From: Candidatus Poribacteria bacterium
GTDB taxonomy: Bacteria > Poribacteria > WGA-4E > WGA-3G
Assembly: GCA_965205065.1 (NCBI GenBank)
Contig: CBDBFT010000001.1
Coordinates: 2,156,836-2,220,835, forward strand
Direction: 5' to 3'
DNA length: 64,000 nucleotides
Under the pieces are notes generated by a model. It was not told where the DNA came from, ran no database searches, and saw nothing but the letters and a program-made list of their open reading frames with translations. Shown one piece after another: positions 42,442 to 53,240 of this stretch. The position numbers were made by a program, and so were the translations under genes. Position 1 is the stretch's first letter. The number at the start of each line of letters is the position of its first letter.

Positions 42442-45147
42442 TCACTTACGGTAACTGTTTGTATGTTCATGAATAGGTTGCCGTTCTCGGTTAGCGTCTG
42501 GGTCTGCGCGGCGAGCAATACCTGTAATTGCATCTACAGATTCATCTGCCTTAAATCGCTGATATAGTTTATGCGACTTTGCAGCCATAGATGGATTCTT
42601 CAAGGCGCGATAACAACGCATCATATTGTAATGTGCGTCTAAATCTTCAGGATCAACCGTAAGTGTTTCCTGAAACTGTGTCAAAGCCGTTTCATACTCA
42701 CGTTTTAGAAAGTGCATTCTCCCCAATTGATTTAGCACACGGGTGTCACGTGGGAACTGTGCTACTGCACTTTGAAGATGCTGAATCGCTGTGTCGTAAT
42801 TGCCGTAGGATTCTTGAACGAGTGCAAAAAAGTAGTGAACCTTTGCCCGATGTAGATTAGTCGGCAGCATGCTTCGCTGAATTTCAAAGGCTTTATTGAG
42901 CATCGCTTCTGCAGTTTTCATGTCCCCCTCTTTTATGCTACATCGTGCCAGATTCACCCATCCATCTAAATAATCAGGTTCAATTTTAGTTACTTCCCGA
43001 AAAGCAGTCTGTGCTGCTCTGAGGTCTCCTTGTAGGAACAGTCCTATCCCGTAGTCATTCCATCTTTCGCGAGCATTTGCTATCTTTGTATAGTCTTGTT
43101 GTTCGTGGCTCGTCGTAACATCTCGCGTTGTTGGTTTGACATCCGTTTTTACATGAAGGGTTGCTTTTGCATCTGCCATGACGGTAATCGGTAGATTTGG
43201 AATTGCTTTGATTTCTCCTGCAACATCTGATGTATCACCTGTCCAAACCCATCTCCCGTTGTCATAGCCTTTGCCGACTTGTAAGTCTGTATGTTCAGGG
43301 TCTCGAACACCTGCATAAGCCCACTGCGTATGCCACCAATTGAACTTACGGTAGTTTAGTTTTGCTTCAACAGAGAGCATGCCGTCACTGTCGGGTGGGA
43401 TTTCCAAACGGTATCGGACGGTATCGGCAGCACCGGGAGGTATTGTGCGGGAATAGAGTACAGTTCGCATTGCCCACACATTCCGTTTGTTGATAAGGTT
43501 GCCGTGTGCATCAAGCATATAACTGCGGTAAAAATGTGCCCCCGGATCAACAGGTCCGTTGCCATCCGGCTCTGCAATATGACCATTCCAGAATACGATT
43601 TTTCCATTTTCATCACTGATCTTTAGCTCAAGCCAGATGTCAAAAGCATCAATTGTTCCTGTGGGGAATTGATGACCAACCCCGCGTGTGCGAACAACAA
43701 CCTCAATTAAGGGTTTTTCACCACGTGCAACCTGAACCCCATCTTTGGGTATCGGTTTACCGTTAGCAAACAGGTCTAAAGTTATGACATCATTCTGCAA
43801 AAAGTCTATCACAGCTTGGAGTTGTGCCTCATGTTTATTGACATAAGGGAGAGCAGTATTCGCAGCGGGAAAGCGATGGCTATGAACCTTACCATCTATA
43901 TTTCCAGCATCTTTAGAATCTACAAGAGGCATGTGACAATCAACACATTTCTGTGCAGTATCGGGATAATAGAACGACAAAGCACCTTGATGGGAAACGC
44001 CGCTTTTTTGCCATTGATCGTAGTCGTTGAAACCGCGGACCCAGCGAAAATTGTTGACAGGAAAATCCAGATGTGCCTTATGACAAGTTGAGCAGAATTC
44101 TGCAGTATTGTTGCGATGGAAGGGTTTGAGGAAACTCTTCTTATGCGGTTCTGGATCAAGACGGATGAGATAGTTATGCAAACTTCGGATAAGGCGGTTG
44201 TTGCTTGATGCTAAATCGTGTAGTGGTGGATACTTTATTATGTATCCGCTGTTTCCCATTGTATCCTTTACGGTTTCCATAGAGTGGCAGGCAGTGCATG
44301 CTAATCCTGCTTGTGCTGCGGGGGTATGCATATTCTCTCGTATCGGTTTATCCATCACCCCATTGAGCAGTATTGCAGGATCATGGCAACCTCCGCACCA
44401 TTTTGAGGATTGTATGTCGTTGACCTCCTGCATATAGATGATAGATTTTCTGTACCACTGGTTATTGAACGAGGAGAAGTGATGCGCTGATTCGTTCCAC
44501 TGTTTATATATATCGGGATGACATCCTGCAGTAGCACATGTTTCAGAAGTTAGAAAAAAATCGGTTGGAATGAGATCGCCAGTTTCCGTTTCGACAGAAG
44601 CTGGAAAAAAATGTCCTGTAGGTCCACCACCTTCGTCATACATACTTGCTGGTGGAAATGCGGGGTTCTTGACAAGATAGTTCTCTTCTGGAAAAAAGTG
44701 TTGAGATAACTTAGCACCAATCGGGAAAAATACAATACCAATTAAAACACCAATAATGATCTTCTTGAATATCGGTGTGAGGTCGTTATTGTCTCGTAAC
44801 AGATGAATGCAAAAAAGAAAACTACCTATGCTGATGCTGACGATATGTAAATAGAGAATCCAACGGTAAGGGGTAATCGAGCCGACAATCATTAGACACA
44901 CACCTGTAACGATACCGACGATTATGCAGATAACGCTGACGCGACCGAGGGGCGTTATTTTTTTTAGTGTCTTATAGATATACACACTAAATGGTATGAC
45001 TAATAGAATACCGAGAACTAAGTGCAACAGGATGTTGGATATATAGAAGAGAGTCGGTTCACCGAAACTGAAAAGATACGCGCTATTTAAGAGCAATAGG
45101 AGAAAAACAGATATGATAAATTTTCGCATGCATTCACCCGTTAACAA
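42442..45147 (-). CDS. Membrane-anchored multihaem cytochrome c with a C-terminal TPR domain.
   Basis: N-terminal hydrophobic helices. Haem motifs CGGCH, CTACH, CSTCH, CVDCH plus CATAGCH. TPR-like repeats in the C-terminal 250 aa. Confidence 0.7.
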   Translation of the reverse strand: MLTGECMRKFIISVFLLLLLNSAYLFSFGEPTLFYISNILLHLVLGILLVIPFSVYIYKTLKKITPLGRVSVICIIVGIVTGVCLMIVGSITPYRWILYLHIVSISIGSFLFCIHLLRDNNDLTPIFKKIIIGVLIGIVFFPIGAKLSQHFFPEENYLVKNPAFPPASMYDEGGGPTGHFFPASVETETGDLIPTDFFLTSETCATAGCHPDIYKQWNESAHHFSSFNNQWYRKSIIYMQEVNDIQSSKWCGGCHDPAILLNGVMDKPIRENMHTPAAQAGLACTACHSMETVKDTMGNSGYIIKYPPLHDLASSNNRLIRSLHNYLIRLDPEPHKKSFLKPFHRNNTAEFCSTCHKAHLDFPVNNFRWVRGFNDYDQWQKSGVSHQGALSFYYPDTAQKCVDCHMPLVDSKDAGNIDGKVHSHRFPAANTALPYVNKHEAQLQAVIDFLQNDVITLDLFANGKPIPKDGVQVARGEKPLIEVVVRTRGVGHQFPTGTIDAFDIWLELKISDENGKIVFWNGHIAEPDGNGPVDPGAHFYRSYMLDAHGNLINKRNVWAMRTVLYSRTIPPGAADTVRYRLEIPPDSDGMLSVEAKLNYRKFNWWHTQWAYAGVRDPEHTDLQVGKGYDNGRWVWTGDTSDVAGEIKAIPNLPITVMADAKATLHVKTDVKPTTRDVTTSHEQQDYTKIANARERWNDYGIGLFLQGDLRAAQTAFREVTKIEPDYLDGWVNLARCSIKEGDMKTAEAMLNKAFEIQRSMLPTNLHRAKVHYFFALVQESYGNYDTAIQHLQSAVAQFPRDTRVLNQLGRMHFLKREYETALTQFQETLTVDPEDLDAHYNMMRCYRALKNPSMAAKSHKLYQRFKADESVDAITGIARRADPDANRERQPIHEHTNSYRK

Positions 45148-45168
45148 ATTGTAACTTTTGCGTCTACG

Positions 45169-45939
45169 TTATCCTGCCGTATATCCTCCATCAATTGGCA
45201 AGGCGATACCGGTGACGAATGCGGATTCATCGGAGGCAAGGTATAAGGCACCATAAGCGATTTCATCGGGTTGTCCGAGTCTCCGCATCGGATGTTTATT
45301 GGCGAGTTTCTGATATTCTTCTGGGGTTCTGACGACTCCAGCAACTAAAGGGGTTTCTACAAAACCTGGACAGATACAGTTGACCCGGATATTGTCCTCC
45401 GCATAGTCAAGTGCCATGCCGCGGGTCAAGTTTGTGACTGCCCCTTTTGATGCTATGTATGCAGCGCGAACATCAGCACCTACCAATCCATAAATTGAGG
45501 ACATATTGATGATTGATCCACTACCATTCTCCTTCATTGCAGGTATAGCTGCCTTTGAACAGAGAAAGACACCGTTCAAGTTTACATTTAGACAACGGTG
45601 CCAATCCGCTTCTGCTAAATCAGCGACAGGTAGACGCATAGCAATACCGGCATTGTTTAGGAGAATATCAAGTTTTCCGAATAGTCGGATGGTATGCTCC
45701 ACCATCTGCTCAGTGTTATCTCTTATTGTCACATCGGTGTGAATGAAAGCAGCTGCGTTGTTGTTCTCTTTGATGTTAGCGACGGTTTGGTTTCCGCCCT
45801 GTTTATCTATATCTGCTACAACTACCTTTGCGCCGTGTTGTGCAAAAAGTATGGCAGTTGCTTTGCCAATTCCAGATGCTGCACCTGTGATGATTGCCAC
45901 CTTACCTTTGAGTCGCACAGTTAGATTTTTTCCTTCCAA
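45169..45939 (-). CDS. SDR-family oxidoreductase.
   Basis: TGAASGIGKA Rossmann motif and an SDR catalytic-region pattern (S...Y...K). Confidence 0.8.
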   Translation of the reverse strand: MEGKNLTVRLKGKVAIITGAASGIGKATAILFAQHGAKVVVADIDKQGGNQTVANIKENNNAAAFIHTDVTIRDNTEQMVEHTIRLFGKLDILLNNAGIAMRLPVADLAEADWHRCLNVNLNGVFLCSKAAIPAMKENGSGSIINMSSIYGLVGADVRAAYIASKGAVTNLTRGMALDYAEDNIRVNCICPGFVETPLVAGVVRTPEEYQKLANKHPMRRLGQPDEIAYGALYLASDESAFVTGIALPIDGGYTAG

Positions 45940-46901
45940 GCAGCGGGATTCTGTTCGGGTTCCCCGATTCTGTTTCTCAACACCCCGATATTTTCAACTT
46001 CAAGTTCAATGACATCTCCCGGTTGTATCCATCTGTCAAGTTCCCATCCACATCCTTTCCCGACAGTACCGGATCCTAAGAAGTCTCCTGGAAAGAGGGT
46101 TTCTGACTGTGAGACAAAAGATATCATCTCAGCGAAAGAGTAATACATATCCGAGGTATTTCCTTCTGTCCAGATTTCTCCGTTTACGCGTGCGATCATA
46201 TTGAGATTATACGGATTCCCGATTTCATCAGGTGTTACGAGCCAGGGACCCATTATGTTACTATTATCAAAATCCTTTCCTTTTGCGGGCCCGAGTGACA
46301 ATGTCATGTGTCGGAATTGAATGTCTCGTGCGCTAATATCGTTATAAATTGTGTATCCAGCGATGTATTCTGGTGCTTCATCTATTGAGATGTTTTTTCC
46401 TTGTTTCCCGATGTATATTCCCCATTCAAGTTCAAAATCAAGTTTTTCTGTGTAGTTGGGCCACGTAACGACTGCTTCGTGACCGGCAATAGAGGCAGGG
46501 CTTGTACTGCCGCGATAGTAGTTTGGCAGTTTGTACCATTCTGGCGATATTTCTTTTCCTGTAATGCGCGCTGCAGCGTCCATATGTTCTTTGAATACGC
46601 CGAAATCGCGTAGACTTGTTGGTTGTGGAATTGGTGCCAGTAGTTCTACTTCTGAAATGGGAAAAATGCCCTTAGACGCATCAGCATGTATATTAGGTTC
46701 ATCCTGTTTGCGTGATTTTTGGATGCGTGCAATATAGTCTGATGTTTCGTCAATACAATCATGAGCAAAAACCTCAATCATATTTCGCGCACTTAGATTG
46801 AGATTCAGAATACTGTCTTTATCAATCCACACGCCGATATGTGCATCATCAAGTGTAGCAGATTTGTCAAACGATGGGTGTTTGAAAGTTACCAATTTCA
46901 C
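45921..46901 (-). CDS. Fumarylacetoacetate hydrolase (FAH) family protein.
   Basis: FAH-fold length and a conserved C-terminal region. Moderate confidence, from pattern only. Confidence 0.6.
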   Translation of the reverse strand: MKLVTFKHPSFDKSATLDDAHIGVWIDKDSILNLNLSARNMIEVFAHDCIDETSDYIARIQKSRKQDEPNIHADASKGIFPISEVELLAPIPQPTSLRDFGVFKEHMDAAARITGKEISPEWYKLPNYYRGSTSPASIAGHEAVVTWPNYTEKLDFELEWGIYIGKQGKNISIDEAPEYIAGYTIYNDISARDIQFRHMTLSLGPAKGKDFDNSNIMGPWLVTPDEIGNPYNLNMIARVNGEIWTEGNTSDMYYSFAEMISFVSQSETLFPGDFLGSGTVGKGCGWELDRWIQPGDVIELEVENIGVLRNRIGEPEQNPAAWKEKI

Positions 46902-47218
46902 AATAGTACCTCAACAGAAATTAAAAAATAACTATGAAAGGACAATTACCACGTAAGGAATTATAGCATTTTTTACAGTTTTTATCATCACATTTATCCG
47001 CATAGCCAATAAGACATCTATAACAAGTTGCATTGATGAATGTGTTGCAAAGTTACAAAGAAGCACAATCAGGACTTACGCATTTTTATGAAATGGTGTA
47101 TACTATTTAGCAAGGAAGTTGACTTTTCGCTTGACTTTTACACCCAACAAGATGTAAACTTAATACATATATACATTCAAAATTCACCATAATGTAATTC
47201 TTAGGGAATTGAAGACGC

Positions 47219-47809
47219 ATGAAACATCATTTTTCATATCAGAAACCGCTTGCACTGCTATTATGTTGTATCTTTATACTAATTACGAGTATCCAACCTG
47301 CTGATGCGGGTAAAGGAAATCGGACTTTGTCAATCTCACTGCTTGTATCGGGCTTAGGATTACAAGTCGGTAGCACGTTCCTAAATGCCTCTGCTGAAAA
47401 CAGGTATGAAGACTACCTCTCTGCTGTTATCCAATCCGATATTCAGAGTCAAAAGAGCGATGTTGTCGCTTACAAAAATGCCAGTGTATCAATGTCTCGC
47501 GCAGGATATGGATTTATCGGACTCGCCGTAATCATATCTATTCTTGACCAATTGAGTGAGAGTTCAAAAGACTCGGAGACTGTACCACAACAAGATATGA
47601 ACACCTTGTCCGGAAGAATGGGACAGAATATTTTTAGTTCGTCAAGCCTTTCATATTTAATGGCACACTTAAACACATCTTTTCATCATTCACCTTTTGA
47701 GTATTCAAAGGGACAATATTCAAGGGGTGTTGGTTTGTATCCCTCTTATGCCATTTCTTATGACTGTGAAAGGCAGAGGACAAACCTACAGTTCACGTTC
47801 CGTTTTTAG
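47219..47809 (+). CDS. Hypothetical secreted protein.
   Basis: Signal-peptide-like N-terminus (LALLLCCIFILITSIQPADA). Confidence 0.45.
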   Translation: MKHHFSYQKPLALLLCCIFILITSIQPADAGKGNRTLSISLLVSGLGLQVGSTFLNASAENRYEDYLSAVIQSDIQSQKSDVVAYKNASVSMSRAGYGFIGLAVIISILDQLSESSKDSETVPQQDMNTLSGRMGQNIFSSSSLSYLMAHLNTSFHHSPFEYSKGQYSRGVGLYPSYAISYDCERQRTNLQFTFRF

Positions 47810-47877
47810 GTCAACCGAATATATGAATATTACGAGAAATTTTCAAAGAGGCCATAATTTTCAAAGAGGATATTAGG

Positions 47878-49020
47878 ATGAATTCACACCGTACTATTGC
47901 TCAAACACTATCTCAAAACTTGACTCTGAAAACCGCATCACTGCTATACCTCTCTTTTTTTCTTATTGCTGTTCTATCTGCTGGTTGTACCAATAGTGAA
48001 GACTTTGCCAATCCATTGGATGCTGATAACTTGAAAACAGCAGGTGCACCTGAATTGAAACTTTATGCGGGGGATAAAGAGGTTAGAGTTACTTGGATAG
48101 ATACCGAACAAGAGGGAATAAAGGCATATAAGATATATAGGCGTTCAAGAAGTGACTCAGATGAACCGTTTGCGTTAATTGCTACGGTGGATGCGCCAGC
48201 TAACGAGTTTATTGACACAGATAACATAGAAAATGACCGTCTTGATGAGTTCGGACGACCACTTGCGTATGCGTATCGTATCTCATACATTGACACTAAT
48301 GATGTTGAAACCCCCGATCCGACTAATCCTCCGGGCTCGAATCAAGAACCGTTTCGACATTGGCAGATAGCCACTGTAAAGCCGAGTATTGCACCACCTG
48401 TCCCTGTTGTCACACTTGGTGATCCGGTAGACCTTGCCGTGCATCTATTTTGGAGCGACTACGAATTTCCTAATGATTTTGCTACTTTCCGTGTATACGC
48501 TGTAATAGATGATGGAAAAACTGAGTATCCTGTCTTTAGACATATCGCTGAAATAGAACGAGATGATCAAGGGGTCATTGATAAGGGTTATGCTGACGAA
48601 AATTTCAGTGAGGATGGTGTGACAAAGATATATCGTGTTGCTGCTGTGGATATATTTGGTGTTGAAGGCATTACCACTATTTCTGCGACATCCCCTAATT
48701 TGCCGCCTGCCCCTCCATCAAATGTTCAGGCAGCATATATTTTCCGTTCACTGTTTAACAACAAGTATGATGCTACGATTTCTTGGACTGCAAATACAGA
48801 GCCAGATCTTGCAGGATACCAAATCTTCACCGAAGATGCAGAGGGTAATTTGTTCGTCCGCGGAACAGCGAACCGTTATGAGACAGAAATCACTTTCCCC
48901 GGTGAAGACCCGCCGCCAGGAGGTGAGGAACCTTTTCGAACCTATTATATCACAGCGTATGACAATACGCCTGGACCTGATGGGAAACGCGACCATAGCG
49001 AGATGGTAATGGCAGAATAA
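47878..49020 (+). CDS. Hypothetical lipoprotein with fibronectin-III-like repeats.
   Basis: Lipobox-like LSAGC. Repeated 'VTWIDTE...YKIYRR' and 'ISWTANTEPDLAGYQIF' FN3-like segments. Confidence 0.5.
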   Translation: MNSHRTIAQTLSQNLTLKTASLLYLSFFLIAVLSAGCTNSEDFANPLDADNLKTAGAPELKLYAGDKEVRVTWIDTEQEGIKAYKIYRRSRSDSDEPFALIATVDAPANEFIDTDNIENDRLDEFGRPLAYAYRISYIDTNDVETPDPTNPPGSNQEPFRHWQIATVKPSIAPPVPVVTLGDPVDLAVHLFWSDYEFPNDFATFRVYAVIDDGKTEYPVFRHIAEIERDDQGVIDKGYADENFSEDGVTKIYRVAAVDIFGVEGITTISATSPNLPPAPPSNVQAAYIFRSLFNNKYDATISWTANTEPDLAGYQIFTEDAEGNLFVRGTANRYETEITFPGEDPPPGGEEPFRTYYITAYDNTPGPDGKRDHSEMVMAE

Positions 49021-49077
49021 TATTTATAATTGCTTTATGAGATTAGATCAATAAAGAGGATGTGGGGAGGATATAAA

Positions 49078-50031
49078 ATGCACCTTAGTTTTCGCTTTTT
49101 ATTTGGATTAGTGATCGTTATACTATTAGCAAGTTCACCGCCCAGTTGTTATTTTTCTGCCCAGACTGTCCCTGTTTCGCAGCTTACGACGATTCAGACA
49201 GCGGAACCGATAGGCAAAGGGGGTTCAAACACCTCAATTGGGTTCTTTCAACATTCTGTTGAAAGGGTGCGGCCCGATCCTATCCAAGATGTTGTAATTG
49301 GAGGTTTTGAGAAATCTCACCACGTTTCACTTGAAGTTGAGACATATCTTCTACCTGTCCGGTTTACTTACGGCTTAAGCGACCAACTTGATTTAAATCT
49401 CGGTGCGACTGTCTCTATAGGTGATGTGCATAAAATAGTACACAATTTCTATGATACTGTAAATCCCGAGCTCGCTTCCGACCGCGTTTACGACCAACCC
49501 GTCTATGATGGTATGATTGGACTAAAGTATAACTTAAAACCTGAACGCAATGATGGGTTTCCAAGCATATCTGTTGGCGGAAATTTTTTCTCTGGATTTA
49601 CCGCAGATGACAGACTTAATTCTGACAGGGAATTTCTTGATCATAGTCCAATTGATGGTTATCCTTATGCTGCTATGAACGCCTATTGTGTAGGTACTCA
49701 AAGGTTTCGAAAGTATTTCAAATTCCACGCTGGTGCCGGGGTATACTTATCTTCCAAATCGCTTAGGACGACAGATTCTTTTCCGCTGACGTGGCAGTTG
49801 GGAGGCGAAATCGCAATTGCGGACAACATGTGGTTTGCTGCTGATTACACAAATATCATTCACCATGTAGGAATACATATCTCAAATATTATCGGTCTGG
49901 CATTCCGATATGAAACGTCCAAATCATTGGCATTCCAACTCGGTCTTAACAACCAACCAGGGTTTCATTTCAGTCTGACGTTAGGCGGAGAAAAAGCACA
50001 AGAAGTTGAGGGTAATAAACTACTTTTTTAG
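49078..50031 (+). CDS. Hypothetical outer-membrane beta-barrel protein.
   Basis: Signal peptide (MHLSFRFLFGLVIVILLASS), alternating amphipathic strands and a C-terminal Phe. Start set at the ATG at 49078, which has the RBS GGGGAGG. Confidence 0.5.
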   Translation: MHLSFRFLFGLVIVILLASSPPSCYFSAQTVPVSQLTTIQTAEPIGKGGSNTSIGFFQHSVERVRPDPIQDVVIGGFEKSHHVSLEVETYLLPVRFTYGLSDQLDLNLGATVSIGDVHKIVHNFYDTVNPELASDRVYDQPVYDGMIGLKYNLKPERNDGFPSISVGGNFFSGFTADDRLNSDREFLDHSPIDGYPYAAMNAYCVGTQRFRKYFKFHAGAGVYLSSKSLRTTDSFPLTWQLGGEIAIADNMWFAADYTNIIHHVGIHISNIIGLAFRYETSKSLAFQLGLNNQPGFHFSLTLGGEKAQEVEGNKLLF

Positions 50032-50081
50032 TTAAACCCGTCATGCAAAACAGCACTTGACAAAGCACTAATTTCATATAA

Positions 50082-50543
50082 TTGGCATATAATATGAGAG
50101 CAGTTATACAACGTGTCAAATCAGCAAGTGTGAAGGTAGATGGTGAACTCGTTTCTGAAATTGGAGCGGGTTTACTTATTTTTCTCGGCATTGCACATGA
50201 TGATAGTCAAGCAGAGATAGATTATATTGCAAACAAAGCGGCACATTTGCGTATCTTTGAAGATGCTGATGGAAAAATGAACTGTTCGCTTCTTGACACC
50301 GGTGGTTCAGCACTCGTCGTATCACAATTTACGTTATATGGAGATTGCCGCAAAGGTAGACGTCCAAGTTTTATCCATGCTGCCCGTCCAGAAACAGCAA
50401 ACGCACTTTATGAGGCGTTTATCGCTGCCCTAAAACAGCAGAACATACAAACTTATGGTGGGACTTTTCAAGCGATGATGGATGTGGAATTGATTAACGA
50501 TGGACCGGTTACAATTCTATTGGATAGTGATAAGCAGTTTTGA
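50082..50543 (+). CDS. dtd: D-aminoacyl-tRNA deacylase.
   Basis: [15 protein letters not shown]...LLIFLGI and SQFTLYGD motifs. 153 aa. Confidence 0.85.
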   Translation: MAYNMRAVIQRVKSASVKVDGELVSEIGAGLLIFLGIAHDDSQAEIDYIANKAAHLRIFEDADGKMNCSLLDTGGSALVVSQFTLYGDCRKGRRPSFIHAARPETANALYEAFIAALKQQNIQTYGGTFQAMMDVELINDGPVTILLDSDKQF

Positions 50544-50581
50544 ACCAAACATGAGCAAGGCTCTAAGACACAAAACATAAA

Positions 50582-51439
50582 ATGCAACATTCTGAGTACA
50601 TTAATACAATCAAACAAGGGGACTGCATTGCGTTGATGTCAGAAATGCCACCTGCATGTGTTGATCTTGTCATAACAGACCCCCCTTTTGCTATTGACTT
50701 TAAAGCTACTCGGCACAACTATAATCGTACAGGAGACCGCGTTCTTCAAGGTTATAATGAAATTGAGGGAAGTGACTACTTAACTTTTACACTTGATTGG
50801 CTTTCAGAAGCAACAAGAGTGTTAAAAGAATCTGGGAGCATGTATATCTTCTCAGGTTGGAATTATCTGAAAGACCTCTTGATTGCTATTGATGAATGTA
50901 AACTTATAACAATCAACCATCTCATTTGGAAATATCAGTTTGGGGTTGTTACCAAGCGAAAGTACGTGACGTCTCACTATCATTGCCTTTTCTTATGTAA
51001 AAACGACAAAAAACGACAATTTTACCCGTACTGCCGTTTTGATAAAGATACAAAGACTGAAACTGGTGGATCTGCACACTATAAAGACAAGGAGGATGTC
51101 TGGGAAATCAAGAGAGAATATTGGCAAGGTGCTATAAAAACACCGACTAAACTGCCAGCTGAACTCATTGAAAAAATACTTGATTATTCCAGTCAGAAGG
51201 GTGATGTTGTTTTGGATCCGTTTTTAGGTTCTGGACAAGTCGCAGTCGTTAGCAAAATGAAGGGTCGTCATTATATAGGTTTTGAGATTGTGCCGGAATA
51301 TTATGAATTTGCTTGTAAGAGAGTTGAATCAGGAAAGTATTTAATTCATAAAACAGAAGCTGAATGGATTTCTTTTGAAAATAACGGACTTGATGACACA
51401 ACGGACATTTTTGGTATGGCGTTGAATCAACAATCATAA
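50582..51439 (+). CDS. Beta-class DNA N6-adenine/N4-cytosine methyltransferase, apparently an orphan.
   Basis: Motif IV LVITDPPFA near the N-terminus and motif I DPFLGSGQ near the C-terminus (the beta permutation). Confidence 0.75.
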   Translation: MQHSEYINTIKQGDCIALMSEMPPACVDLVITDPPFAIDFKATRHNYNRTGDRVLQGYNEIEGSDYLTFTLDWLSEATRVLKESGSMYIFSGWNYLKDLLIAIDECKLITINHLIWKYQFGVVTKRKYVTSHYHCLFLCKNDKKRQFYPYCRFDKDTKTETGGSAHYKDKEDVWEIKREYWQGAIKTPTKLPAELIEKILDYSSQKGDVVLDPFLGSGQVAVVSKMKGRHYIGFEIVPEYYEFACKRVESGKYLIHKTEAEWISFENNGLDDTTDIFGMALNQQS

Positions 51440-51478
51440 TTCAGATTATGCAAATTTCATGAAAAGGAGGACAAACAA

Positions 51479-52279
51479 ATGACGCAAGTTGTTCCCTTAC
51501 GATACGACACCGCTTTTAAAAAAGCGTTCAGCCAACCAGAGATCTTCTGTCACTTTGCTGAAGATGTCTTAGGTATCAAATTCCATACCGATGAGGTACA
51601 TCGCGGTTACAAATTTCTTAAACCCATCGGGCAGGTTGATATTGAATACGATCTGTTTGCCGAGGATCCTGAATCTCGTATTGTGGTTGAGATACAACAC
51701 GTTAAAGAACATCATTTCTATGATCGTTTCCTATATTATCATCTCATCAATCTCGTGGAACAGGTAAAAAACAGCAAGGCATACCAGTTCGATCGGACAG
51801 TTTATACGATTGTTGTCTTAACGAGTCCTTATAGTGAAAACGAAATTGACTTTAGTGTGGCTATCACGGATTTCAACCCTATCAACGAATTTAACCGCAA
51901 AGTCGATGTATATCCACATCAACTTGTATTTGTGGTGCCTCGTATGCTCAACGATAAGACACCAACCGGTATAAAAGCGTGGTTGGAACTTGTACTGGAT
52001 TCTCTGGATGGAGAGATGGACGAGGGTCGCTACAACTCACCGATTTTTGAACAGGTGATTGATGCGGTTAAAATTGACAACATTTCGCCTGCTGAGCGTA
52101 GGATACTTAAGGATGAAGAGTCTTGGGAAGATACCTTAATTGACGTAACGCAGCGGGAAACGCAGCGTGAAAAAGAGACGATTGCCCGCGCACTAATTAG
52201 CGAAGGGGTAAGCACCGAAGTCATCGCAAGAGCAACAGGTATCCCGGAAATTGACATCGAAAAACTGAAGCAATCATAG
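51479..52279 (+). CDS. Rpn/YhgA-family PD-(D/E)XK recombination-promoting nuclease / putative transposase.
   Basis: N-terminal RYDTAFKKAFSQPEI (compare RpnA HDAVFKQFL), DIEYD...VVEIQH core and a C-terminal GVSTEVIARATGIPEIDIEKL tail. Confidence 0.65.
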   Translation: MTQVVPLRYDTAFKKAFSQPEIFCHFAEDVLGIKFHTDEVHRGYKFLKPIGQVDIEYDLFAEDPESRIVVEIQHVKEHHFYDRFLYYHLINLVEQVKNSKAYQFDRTVYTIVVLTSPYSENEIDFSVAITDFNPINEFNRKVDVYPHQLVFVVPRMLNDKTPTGIKAWLELVLDSLDGEMDEGRYNSPIFEQVIDAVKIDNISPAERRILKDEESWEDTLIDVTQRETQREKETIARALISEGVSTEVIARATGIPEIDIEKLKQS

Positions 52280-52293
52280 ACATTGAGGTGTGC

Positions 52294-53139
52294 TTATGGA
52301 TCTCTTTTGTGAAACGCATCAATCTTTTCCTGCAAAAACTTTACACAGTATGGAATCTGTTCTTCGGTAAGTCCATGCAGAACAACTGCACCATCATAAC
52401 CGCACTCGCTTAGTAAACGGAGATATTGGTCGTAATCCAGCAGTCCTGTTCCTGCAGCAAGATGTCCCGCTTCTCCATCCCGGTCCAAATCTTTCGCGTG
52501 TGCAAGGACAATGTCTTTTCCTAAGAGCGTAAAAGCCTCGTCAAGAATATCCCGCATCTGTGGTAATTCACCTTTATGGAATATGTTTGCCCCATCCATA
52601 ACTACCTTCAGGTAAGGTGATTGCATTTCATCAAGTAGGCGGCGTGCCTTCTTTGCGGAGTCAATCACATTGGAAACTTCCGGTTCCATTGCCAACGTAA
52701 CTCCATATTCCTCAGCAATCTCTAACGCTTTCTCCATTGACTGAACAAGATCATGCCATGCGTCTATTGCGTTGTTATCAGGATGAGCCCGCCACATACT
52801 GTGTGGGTTGCGTGAACCAGTACATAACGTTATCACTGATGTTCCAAGTGGCTTACACTGTCCTGCAACATAACGCAATTTATCTAAACCCGCTTCCCGT
52901 TTTTGAACATTTGGGTCAATCATATTGTATGTTCCAGATAGCGCAACGATTTTTATTCCTCTATCCTCTATCGCTTGACGAATCTTGTCAGTAGATGTTC
53001 CACCTTTTGAAACATGGTACTGTAAGAAATATACCTCTTGTGTCACCACAGAATCAAGCGTTTCTTCTAAAGTCTCTCTATGAATAGTACCTTCCATAAG
53101 ACCAATGTTCATACGTCTCTCCAAATTTGTTAGTAGCAC
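52294..53139 (-). CDS. Sugar-phosphate isomerase/epimerase (xylose-isomerase-like TIM barrel).
   Basis: Family-level pattern: length and conserved His/Glu/Asp positions. Moderate. Confidence 0.55.
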   Translation of the reverse strand: MLLTNLERRMNIGLMEGTIHRETLEETLDSVVTQEVYFLQYHVSKGGTSTDKIRQAIEDRGIKIVALSGTYNMIDPNVQKREAGLDKLRYVAGQCKPLGTSVITLCTGSRNPHSMWRAHPDNNAIDAWHDLVQSMEKALEIAEEYGVTLAMEPEVSNVIDSAKKARRLLDEMQSPYLKVVMDGANIFHKGELPQMRDILDEAFTLLGKDIVLAHAKDLDRDGEAGHLAAGTGLLDYDQYLRLLSECGYDGAVVLHGLTEEQIPYCVKFLQEKIDAFHKRDP

Positions 53140-53240
53140 TTATTATTAACCCATAGGTGTAAAGTTAAGATAGCTTAGAAGCTCTGAGGAATCACTCTGA
53201 ATCCTTATGGTTATACGGGTTTTCTTCTTTTCAGTCCCTA

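Noticed and set aside
50582-52279. MTase plus downstream nuclease read as a type II restriction-modification pair.
   Set aside because: The nuclease matches the Rpn/YhgA recombination-promoting family (N-terminal HDxxFK-like box, C-terminal tail), not a restriction endonuclease. It is kept only as a low-interest note.
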